Origin: an uncultured bacterium
GTDB taxonomy: Bacteria > Acidobacteriota > Polarisedimenticolia > Polarisedimenticolales > Polarisedimenticolaceae
NCBI GenBank assembly: GCA_942490715.1
Contig: CALNYP010000047.1
Location: 4,744 to 68,743 of the forward strand
DNA length: 64,000 bases
Reading direction: 5' to 3'
This document shows, piece after piece, positions 1 to 7,662 of this stretch (its first letter is position 1; each line of letters starts with the position of its first letter). The position numbers were made by a program, and so were the translations under genes. Below the pieces are notes generated by a model. The model did not search any database, had not been told where the DNA came from, and saw only the letters and a list, made by a program, of their open reading frames with translations.

Positions 1-361
1 GCAATCCGACTGCGATTCCGTGGAGGATGCCATTCGTGCGGTGGAGATGTGTTCGACCGTGTGCGAGGACTGCCCGGCTACTACTACGTGCCCGGGACCA
101 TACTGCACCGATGGCGACGAGTTATCCTCGGTTGACAAAGCCATCGACCGATGCAAATTGCCGAGCGGTCAAATGTTCGAGTGTGATCTTGGCGACAACA
201 TCAACACCGTGACGTATGAGTGCGACCGCGATGCATGCTGTGAGCGGCTCGCCGCCCACGTGCATTTGCTGCGCCTCAGGAGCGACAAAGGTGGCACTGG
301 AATGCGAGGCGGCACAGACGGCCCTCTGCTTGGCGTACCCATGAACAACAGGAAGATACCC

Positions 362-1118
362 ATGAGAACAACCGCGATTTCCATTTCGTGTCTCGTGATG
401 ATGTTTCTCGCTGGCGGTTCCGCCTTCGCTGACTCACAGACTCATGATTGCTGCGATGCGGCGGCTCGCCCTCTCGATTGCCCGAACGGCGCCAGTTGCT
501 GCGAAGACACGACCTGGCAGTGTAACGATGAAGCCGGCTGGTCGACCTGCCCGGCAGATGGCACGGTCTGCTCGTGCGGGGGGATCAGGCGGCGGAACCT
601 GCGCCGAGGGGGAGTACTGCTTCCGAGAGAGCTTCGAGAGCCTCGACGATTGCTACCAGGTTGCCGACCTGGCAGGAGTATGCACGCTCACGACGCCAGA
701 CTGTTCGATGTGCAATATCACGTGCGGTTGCAACGGCATTACCTACCAGAACGCGTGCTCGGCGCAGGCAGTCACCGACCCGCACTTCTTCGGCGCCTGC
801 GGTTCGGAAGTCCGGGGCCTGAAGTTCGGGCACCCGTTGCACCCTACTTGGATGATATGGAGGCAGCAGGAGGACGCTCTCGCCTACAACGTCTACCGAA
901 AGGTGTACGAAGGAGTTCCTCCGACCGACCTTGGGTCATGTTTGCTGGCCAACTATTCACCGCAGGCGGCAATTCTGGACGACCCGGAACCAGGCGAGCT
1001 GTGGTTCCTGTCCGTAACTGCAGTGTACCCAACCGGGGAGGGGACCCCAGGCCGCCAGGGCGGTCCGCTGCCATGCGAACCCAAGGTGATCGCGGAGCGG
1101 TGCGGCGCCGGTTTGTAA
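362..1118 (+). pseudogene. Tandem copy 1 of the secreted Kazal-like / FN3-like-CTD protein gene, broken by a +1 frameshift near 587-590
   Basis: ATG at 362 gives MRTTAISISCLVMMFLAGG..., near-identical to copies 2 and 3 up to ...CSCGGI. Then 'atcaggcggcgga' replaces the 'atcgccggcgga' of the other copies (one extra nt). Homology continues in the frame of ORF 444..1118 (GGTCAEGEYC...CGCNGITYQNAC...AERCGAGL, stop TAA 1116-1118). Confidence 0.75.
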
Positions 1119-1148
1119 TGGGACAAACGGTACGCGAGGAGGACATCC

Positions 1149-1904
1149 ATGAGAGCAACCGCGATTTCCATTTCGTGTCTCGTGATGATGTTTCTCGCTG
1201 GCGGTGCCGCCATCGCCGAGTCACAGACTCATGATTGCTGCGATGCGGCAGCTCGCCCTCTCGATTGCCCGAACGGCGCCAGTTGCTGCGAAGACACGAC
1301 CTGGCAGTGTAACGATGAAGCCGGCTGGTCGACCTGCCCGGCAGATGGCACGGTCTGCTCGTGCGGGGGGATCGCCGGCGGAACCTGCGCCGAAGGAGAG
1401 TACTGCTACCGAGAGAGCTTCGAGAGCCTCGACGATTGCTACCAGGTTGCCGACCTGGCAGGAGTATGCACGCTCACGACGCCAGACTGTTCGATGTGCA
1501 ATATCACGTGCGGTTGCAACGGGATTACCTACCAGAACGCGTGCTCGGCGCAGGCAGTCACCGACCCGCACTTCTTCGGTGCCTGCGGTTCGGAGGTCCG
1601 GGGTGTGGTGTTCGGCAGCATCTTCCACCCGACGTCGATGGTCTGGAAGAGGCGAGATGGGGCACTGTCCTACAACGTGTATCGGAGAATCTACGATGGT
1701 ACTCCCCCGACCGACCTCGGCAAGTGCCTTGTTGCTGCTCACCCAGTGGGCGGGATCATCCTGGACGATCCAGGGCCAGGCGAGCTTTGGTTCCTGTCCG
1801 TAACTGCGGTGTACCCAACCGGGGAGGGGACTCCGGGCCGCCAGGGTGGTCCGCTGCCATGCATCCCCAAGGTGATCGCGGAGCGGTGCGGCGCCGGTTT
1901 GTAG
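1149..1904 (+). CDS. Secreted Cys-rich protein: signal peptide, Kazal-like domain, C-terminal FN3-like module (tandem copy 2)
   Basis: 251-aa ORF preceded by GAGGAGGA. N-terminal hydrophobic signal (MRATAISISCLVMMFLAGGAAIA). Motif C..C...CGCNGITYQNACSAQAV......GAC matches the bacterial Kazal-like pattern (VCGCDG.TY.N.C.A). The C-terminus has W....GALSYNVYR ... ELWFLSVTAVYPTGEGTPG. Confidence 0.85.
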   Translation: MRATAISISCLVMMFLAGGAAIAESQTHDCCDAAARPLDCPNGASCCEDTTWQCNDEAGWSTCPADGTVCSCGGIAGGTCAEGEYCYRESFESLDDCYQVADLAGVCTLTTPDCSMCNITCGCNGITYQNACSAQAVTDPHFFGACGSEVRGVVFGSIFHPTSMVWKRRDGALSYNVYRRIYDGTPPTDLGKCLVAAHPVGGIILDDPGPGELWFLSVTAVYPTGEGTPGRQGGPLPCIPKVIAERCGAGL

Positions 1905-1934
1905 TGGGACAAACGGTACGCGAGGAGGACATCC

Positions 1935-2684
1935 ATGAGAGCAACCGCGATTTCCATTTCGTGTCTCGTGATGATGTTTCTCGCTGGCGGTTCCGCCTTC
2001 GCTGACTCACAGACTCATGATTGCTGCGATGCGGCGGCTCGCCCTCTCGATTGCCCGAACGGCGCCAGTTGCTGCGAAGACACGACCTGGCAGTGTAACG
2101 ATGAAGCCGGCTGGTCGACCTGCCCGGCAGATGGAACCGCCTGCTCGTGCGGGGGGATCGCCGGCGGAACCTGCGCCGAAGGGGAGTACTGCTACCGTGA
2201 GAACTTCGAGAGCCTTGACGATTGCTACCAGGTTGCCGACCTGGCAGGAGTATGCACGCTCACGACGCCAGACTGTTCGATGTGCAATATCACGTGCGGT
2301 TGCAACGGCATTACCTACCAGAACGCGTGCTCGGCGCAGGCAGTCACCGACCCGCACTTCTTCGGTGCCTGCGGTTCGGAGGTCCGGGGTGTGGTGTTCG
2401 GGCACCCGTTGCACCCTACTTGGATGATATGGAGGCAGCAGGAGGACGCTCTCGCCTACAACGTCTACCGAAAGGTGTACGAAGGAGTTCCTCCGACCGA
2501 CCTTGGGTCATGTTTGCTGGCCAACTATTCACCGCAGGCGGCGATTCTGGACGACCCGGAACCAGGCGAACTGTGGTTCCTGTCCGTAACTGCGGTGTAC
2601 CCAACCGGGGAGGGAGCCCCGGGCCGCCAGGGTGGCCCACTGCCATGCATACCCAAGGTGATCGCGGACCGGTGCGACGAGTAA
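1935..2684 (+). CDS. Secreted Cys-rich protein: signal peptide, Kazal-like domain, C-terminal FN3-like module (tandem copy 3)
   Basis: 249-aa ORF. The 30-nt spacer and SD upstream are identical to those before copy 2. Domain order matches copy 2. Only the last residues differ (ADRCDE versus AERCGAGL). Confidence 0.85.
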   Translation: MRATAISISCLVMMFLAGGSAFADSQTHDCCDAAARPLDCPNGASCCEDTTWQCNDEAGWSTCPADGTACSCGGIAGGTCAEGEYCYRENFESLDDCYQVADLAGVCTLTTPDCSMCNITCGCNGITYQNACSAQAVTDPHFFGACGSEVRGVVFGHPLHPTWMIWRQQEDALAYNVYRKVYEGVPPTDLGSCLLANYSPQAAILDDPEPGELWFLSVTAVYPTGEGAPGRQGGPLPCIPKVIADRCDE

Positions 2685-2712
2685 TGGTTTCAGCCGCGCC
2701 GTCTACAACGCT

Positions 2713-3945
2713 TCAGCCGGAACCGGAGACCGGTGCGGTCCAGGGCGCGAAACGACTGACGGCGAACACCGCCACGCCACAGGCGCCGATCGCCGCACCG
2801 CATAACAGGGTCGCCTCGACCGACCAGACCGCCAGCACGCCGCCGGCGATGGCGATGACGGCGTTGCCGATCGAGAACAGCGATACGGTCAACCCCATCA
2901 CCTTGCCCTGCTCCGTCGGACCGACGTGGTTCGAGACGTAGACCGCGATGTGGGTCGACGTCATCGCGATGAAGATCCCGAACAGCGGAAAGGTGATCAG
3001 CAGAGAGGCCGACGAAGCCGGTAACGGCAGGGCGAACAGGACCGTCGTGAAACCGGTCAGGGCAACGAGGATGTTGGCCCGGGCGCTGAACCGCTTCGCG
3101 CTCCAGGGGACGATGACCAGGTTCGTCAGCACCATCATCCCGGTCATCAGCGCCGTCCGGGTGGCGATGACACCGCTGCCGAAGCCCCATTTCTTCACGA
3201 ACAGGTAGGGGTAGAACTCGTAGAACGTGTTCATCGCCATCGTCGCCAGGAAGTAGACGAGCAGCAAGCGGCGCACGGCAGGGTGGCGCAGCACGACCCA
3301 CGCGTTCAGCTTGGCGGCCAGGCTGGTCGCTGGAGCCGCGCCGGCTGCGGGATCCCGGATCTGCTCGCGAAAGAACAGATACGTCGCCAGCCAGGCGGAG
3401 AAGGTCAACCCGGCGGCGAAGACGAAGACCGCCTCGTAGGAGATCGCGGCGACCAGCCCGCCGAGCAGCGGCCCGACCAGCCAGCCGCCGGTCGTCGCCA
3501 CGCTGAGCATCCCGAACGAGCGAGCCTTGTCGACGGATCCCGTCATGTCCGCCGCCGCGGCACGGGCGATGGCGATGTTGCCCTCGAGGAGGCCGGTGAG
3601 GAAACGGCTGAGTACCAGCAGCGTGAAGTCCTCGATCAGGATCGCGTAGGCGCTCGCCCCGTACAGCACCGTCGACAGCGCGAGGGATCCGAGCAGGATC
3701 CGTCGGCGACCGAAGTTGTCGGACAGCGCTCCCAGGATCTGGCTCCCGAGAAACGTGCCGAAGGGATAGACCGCGATGACCCAGCCGAGCAGCACCTCCG
3801 GAGGGATGCCGCCGAACTGCGCGATCCGGCCGGCTCCCTCGCCGAGGAACAGCGGAGCCAGGACCGGATAGGGCATCGCGATCCCGGCCGTCGAGACGAA
3901 GACGACCAGGGCCAGGCTCAGCAGGATCGTGCGGTGGCGGACCAT
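2713..3945 (-). CDS. MFS transporter (drug/H+ antiporter-like)
   Basis: 410 aa and about 12 hydrophobic helices. MFS-type loop motif GALSDNFGRRRILL between TM2 and TM3. Confidence 0.85.
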   Translation of the reverse strand: MVRHRTILLSLALVVFVSTAGIAMPYPVLAPLFLGEGAGRIAQFGGIPPEVLLGWVIAVYPFGTFLGSQILGALSDNFGRRRILLGSLALSTVLYGASAYAILIEDFTLLVLSRFLTGLLEGNIAIARAAAADMTGSVDKARSFGMLSVATTGGWLVGPLLGGLVAAISYEAVFVFAAGLTFSAWLATYLFFREQIRDPAAGAAPATSLAAKLNAWVVLRHPAVRRLLLVYFLATMAMNTFYEFYPYLFVKKWGFGSGVIATRTALMTGMMVLTNLVIVPWSAKRFSARANILVALTGFTTVLFALPLPASSASLLITFPLFGIFIAMTSTHIAVYVSNHVGPTEQGKVMGLTVSLFSIGNAVIAIAGGVLAVWSVEATLLCGAAIGACGVAVFAVSRFAPWTAPVSGSG

Positions 3946-3976
3946 CGTTGGCCTTACAGGAAGCGGTGCCCGGCGG

Positions 3977-4435
3977 TCAGGGACGCCAGGGCCACCCGTC
4001 GGGCTTCCCGGTATGCGCCCAGGCCACGGCGATCAGGCTGACGATCAACAGGACGCTGTACTCCATGCCGTTGCGTCCGGCGCCGACGACGAACCAGCCC
4101 TCGGCGGCGTGAACCAGCAGGATCCCGGCGGCGAGCTGCACGGCGAACCAGGCGGCCAGCGGACGGACGAACCAGCCCGCGGCGAGGGAGATGCCGCCGA
4201 GGATCTCGACCACCGTCAGTATCCAGGCCAGCCAGAGGCCGAAGGGCAGCCGCAGCGACTCGAAGAACAGGCCGAAATCGTCGACGATTCCCAGAGACGC
4301 GCGGGCGACCCCGTGGACACCGAGCAGCGCGGCGACGGCGATACGCAGCAGCACGATGCTGCGGTCGGCAGGGGTCGTTTCCTTCATCGTGTGTACCATG
4401 ACCGGGATGCGTCGCTTGCGACCATGGGATGACAT
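3977..4435 (-). CDS. DoxX family membrane protein
   Basis: Small 4-TM protein with DoxX-like sequence (RIAVAALLGVHGV...VVEILGGISLAAG...). The real start is probably an internal ATG at 4399 or 4387 (MKETTPADRS...). Confidence 0.75.
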   Translation of the reverse strand: MSSHGRKRRIPVMVHTMKETTPADRSIVLLRIAVAALLGVHGVARASLGIVDDFGLFFESLRLPFGLWLAWILTVVEILGGISLAAGWFVRPLAAWFAVQLAAGILLVHAAEGWFVVGAGRNGMEYSVLLIVSLIAVAWAHTGKPDGWPWRP

Positions 4436-4474
4436 CGTAACGGCTCCGGCACGATCCGCCCGCGGAAACTACAA

Positions 4475-4837
4475 ATGGAAGAACTCACCGACGAACAGAT
4501 CGCAGAACTCACCGCCGATCTGCGCCGACTCCGGGAAGAGCTCCGCGAGCTGCTCCAGTCCACCCGGGAGACGGCGAAACCGGTCGAGCTCGACGAGCCG
4601 ATCGGCAGGCTGACCCGGATGGACGCGATCCAGCAGCAGAAGATGGCCACGGCGAACCGTGGCAGCATCGACCTGCGGCTGCGGCAGGTCCAGCAGGCCC
4701 TGACCCTCGCCGATCGGGGGGAATACGGCGACTGCCGGCGCTGCGACGAGACGATCGGCCACAAGCGGCTGAAGGCCCGGCCCGAGTCGCCCTACTGCCT
4801 CGACTGTCAGGACGAGATCGATCGAAAGCACAGCTAG
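4475..4837 (+). CDS. DksA/TraR family C4-type zinc-finger protein
   Basis: 120 aa with a coiled-coil N-terminal half. C-terminal CRRCDETIG...SPYCLDCQ four-Cys zinc finger typical of the DksA/TraR family. Confidence 0.85.
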   Translation: MEELTDEQIAELTADLRRLREELRELLQSTRETAKPVELDEPIGRLTRMDAIQQQKMATANRGSIDLRLRQVQQALTLADRGEYGDCRRCDETIGHKRLKARPESPYCLDCQDEIDRKHS

Positions 4838-4851
4838 CGATCAGGTACGGT

Positions 4852-4890
4852 GTGGCATGAGGGACACGCCGCCGTGGCATGGTGAACACG
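4852..4890. promoter_or_regulatory. Two imperfect 17-nt direct repeats, starts 22 nt apart, upstream of the PBP gene
   Basis: 'gtggcatgagggacacg' (4852-4868) and 'gtggcatggtgaacacg' (4874-4890) match at 14 of 17 positions. They lie in the 135-nt intergenic region. Confidence 0.3.
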
Positions 4891-4910
4891 GAGACTCCCC
4901 GGGAGTCTCC
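4890..4910. promoter_or_regulatory. 21-nt perfect palindrome (hairpin or dimeric operator candidate)
   Basis: 'ggagactccccgggagtctcc' forms 10-nt arms around one central nt. It sits about 53 nt after the DksA/TraR stop and about 62 nt before the PBP start. No U-tract follows directly. Confidence 0.3.
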
Positions 4911-4972
4911 CCGACTTCCCCGGTTTTCGTACGTACTGGATTGGCGCGGGTCTTGCCACCCGTGAAGGCATC

Positions 4973-7630
4973 ATGCGTCTGATCATCGCCATCCCCCCGC
5001 TGCGGCTGCCCCGGCTCCCCTGGCCCGGGAAGGGCCGGAAAGCCCGTTCCGGCTCCGCTGGACTCGGTCGCCTGGTCCGCCCGCACCGCGCCGCCCTGGC
5101 CGGGGTGGCCGGGTTCGCCGTCCTCGCCGGAGGGTTCGGAGCCACCGCCGGCTACTTCGTCCGGCTGGACATGCCGAGCCTGACGGGACTGGCCGACTAC
5201 CAGCCGCCGGAGATGACCCGGATCCGCGCCCGGGACGGCTCGGAGATCGCCAACTTCGCCTCGGAGAAGCGCCTCTCCCTGGGTTACGGACAGATCCCCC
5301 AGAGCTTCCGAGACGCGCTGATCGCCAGCGAGGACTCGCGCTTTGCCGAGCACGCCGGCATCGACGTCTTCGGGATCGGCCGCGCCCTGCTACGGGATCT
5401 CCAGCAGATGGAGATGACCGAGGGCGCCAGCACGTTGACGATGCAGCTCGCCGGCAACCTCTACCTGGATCGCTCCCAGCGCACCGTGCGGCGCAAGCTC
5501 CAGGAGGCGTTCCTGGCGATGGAGATCGAGCGTCGCTACTCCAAGCAGGAGATCCTGCGCTTCTACACCAATCAGGTTCACTTCGGCCACGGCCTCTACG
5601 GCCTCGAGGCCGCGGCACAGCACTTCTTCGGCAAGACGGCACCCCGGCTGTCCCTCGGCGAGTCGGCGACGCTGGTCGGCCTACTGCCCCGGCCGGCGGG
5701 CTACTCGCCGCTGGTCAACCTCGGGCGCGCGACCGAGCGCCGGAACCTCGTGTTGCGCCGGATGGTCGACGAGGGATACCTGACCGCCGCCGATTTCGAG
5801 AGAGAGCGCGAACTGCCGCTCCTCGTGGCCGACCAGGACGACCAGGACACGATGGCGCCACACTTCACCGAGGAGGTCCGCCGGCATCTTCAGGAGAGCT
5901 ACGGCACCGGCGAGCTGTACCGCGGTGGACTGGTCGTCGAGACGACCCTCGATCCCGAGCTGCAGCGCAGCGCCGAGCGCGCCGTCGATTTCGGCCTGCG
6001 GGCGCTGGACAAGCGCCAGGGCTGGCGCAGGGAGGCGATCCGCCGCATCCCGGCGGAGCTGACCCCGGAGACCTGGGACTCGCCGGCATGGAACGCCGGC
6101 ATCCGCACCGGCGACGTGACCGACGGCATCGTCGTCTCGGTCACCCCCGATCAGGCGGTGGTCCGGGTCGGCAGCCGCCGGGGCCTGCTGACCCGCGAGT
6201 CGATCGCCTGGACCGGTCGCACCCGGGTCGACCGGCTGGTCGAGGCCGGCGACGTGATCCACGTCGGGATCGAGCGCTCGGAGACCGACCGGGTCGAGCT
6301 GACCCTCGAGCAACGGCCGACGGTGGAAGCCGCGCTGGTCGCCATCGATCCGCGAACCGGCGAGGTGCTGGCGATGGTCGGCGGCGCCGACTTCTCCCGC
6401 AGCGAGTTCAACCGCGTGACCCAGGCCCGGCGGCAACCCGGTTCGCTGTTCAAGCCGTTCATCTACGCGGCGGCGTTCGAAAAGGGCTGGACCCTCGCCG
6501 ACCGGATGCTCGACGAACCGACGGTGTTCCTCGAAGGACGGCGGGCGATCCCCTACCAGCCCGAGAACTTCAGCCGCAACTACTACGAGACGATCACGCT
6601 GCGCACCGCGCTGGAGAAGTCGGCGAACATCGCGACCGTCAAGCTGCTGCGCGAGGTCGGCTACGACTCGGTGATCGAGACCACTCGCCAGCTCGGAGTC
6701 ACGAGCCGCTTGCGACCCTATCCCTCGCTGGCCCTGGGCGTGTTCGAGGTCAGTCTGCTCGAGGTGACCAGCGCCTACGGAACCTTCGTCAACGAAGGGT
6801 TGCGGATGGAGCCGCACTGGGTGCGGGAGATCCGGGACCGCACCGGCGCCACGCTGTTCGCCTCGGAACCCAAGGTCCAGTCCGCACTGTCCCGGGAGGT
6901 CGCGCATCTCGTGACCGCGGCCCTGGAGGGTGTCATCGAACGCGGCACCGGCAAGACGGCGAAGTCGGCGCTGGGCCGGACGCTGGCCGGCAAGACCGGC
7001 ACCACCGACAACTACACCGATGCGTGGTTCGTCGGGTACTCGTCGGATCTGGTGGTCGGCGTCTGGGTCGGATTCGACGACCCGAAGTCGCTGGGCACCG
7101 TGGAGACCGGCGGTCGCGCGGCGTTACCGATCTGGATCGAGTTCATGCGCGACGCCCTGGAGCCTCGCCCCGACCGGCGCTTCCGCTCGCCCGCCGGAAC
7201 GACCCGGGTGCGGATCGACCCGTTCACCGGTCTCCGTCCTGCGGCGGAGTCCGACTGTGTCGGCACGATCGTCGAGACGTTCCGGGACGGGACCGAGCCG
7301 ACCGCCTTCTGCTCGAAGGAACAGCATCGGCTGCTGCGGATGCCCTACCCGTTCCAGCGCTATTCGATCGACTCCCGCGGATCGCTGGCGATCCCCGGCA
7401 ACGAGCTGATCGCACTGCTCGACAGCGAACCCCGGGTCGAGGTGAGTCGTGACGGGCGACTACGGCATACCGACGTCGACGGCAACGTGACCGAGCTGCG
7501 ACTGGCGGTGCTCCCCGACCGCGACGCGGAGACCGTCGTGCCCGACGACCCCGAACTCGACCCGAGCTCCTGGCGCGGCACCGATGGTCGAATGGCGCAG
7601 ATCGTCTGGTTCGGCCGGCCCGGGGGCTGA
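4973..7630 (+). CDS. mrcA: Class A penicillin-binding protein (bifunctional transglycosylase/transpeptidase, PBP1A type)
   Basis: 885 aa with an N-terminal TM anchor. GT51 motifs (EDSRFAEHAGID, GASTLTMQL, RKLQE). Transpeptidase motifs (SLFKP = SxxK, KTGTT). Confidence 0.9.
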   Translation: MRLIIAIPPLRLPRLPWPGKGRKARSGSAGLGRLVRPHRAALAGVAGFAVLAGGFGATAGYFVRLDMPSLTGLADYQPPEMTRIRARDGSEIANFASEKRLSLGYGQIPQSFRDALIASEDSRFAEHAGIDVFGIGRALLRDLQQMEMTEGASTLTMQLAGNLYLDRSQRTVRRKLQEAFLAMEIERRYSKQEILRFYTNQVHFGHGLYGLEAAAQHFFGKTAPRLSLGESATLVGLLPRPAGYSPLVNLGRATERRNLVLRRMVDEGYLTAADFERERELPLLVADQDDQDTMAPHFTEEVRRHLQESYGTGELYRGGLVVETTLDPELQRSAERAVDFGLRALDKRQGWRREAIRRIPAELTPETWDSPAWNAGIRTGDVTDGIVVSVTPDQAVVRVGSRRGLLTRESIAWTGRTRVDRLVEAGDVIHVGIERSETDRVELTLEQRPTVEAALVAIDPRTGEVLAMVGGADFSRSEFNRVTQARRQPGSLFKPFIYAAAFEKGWTLADRMLDEPTVFLEGRRAIPYQPENFSRNYYETITLRTALEKSANIATVKLLREVGYDSVIETTRQLGVTSRLRPYPSLALGVFEVSLLEVTSAYGTFVNEGLRMEPHWVREIRDRTGATLFASEPKVQSALSREVAHLVTAALEGVIERGTGKTAKSALGRTLAGKTGTTDNYTDAWFVGYSSDLVVGVWVGFDDPKSLGTVETGGRAALPIWIEFMRDALEPRPDRRFRSPAGTTRVRIDPFTGLRPAAESDCVGTIVETFRDGTEPTAFCSKEQHRLLRMPYPFQRYSIDSRGSLAIPGNELIALLDSEPRVEVSRDGRLRHTDVDGNVTELRLAVLPDRDAETVVPDDPELDPSSWRGTDGRMAQIVWFGRPGG

Positions 7631-7662
7631 GCCCCCATTCTGCTCCGGGTCTCGACGCGTGC

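Larger units (their letters stand above)
359..2684. repeat. Head-to-tail tandem array of three gene-sized units, period 786-787 bp
   Basis: Start codons lie at 362, 1149 and 1935. Spacers 1119-1148 and 1905-1934 are identical ('tgggacaaacggtacgcgaggaggacatcc'). Most of each unit is near-identical at the nucleotide level. Confidence 0.9.

Noticed and set aside
20-1234. Single 404-aa ORF covering the upstream Cys-rich frame, array copy 1 and the start of copy 2
   Set aside because: Comparison with copies 2 and 3 shows it is a read-through created by the frameshift at about 587-590. After that point the translation is Arg-rich nonsense, while the homologous sequence continues in another frame.
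1603-1785. Diversity-generating retroelement targeting of the variable patch in the Kazal-like array
   Set aside because: Differences between copies affect all four bases and include indels, not adenine-specific changes. No reverse transcriptase or template repeat is present in the window.
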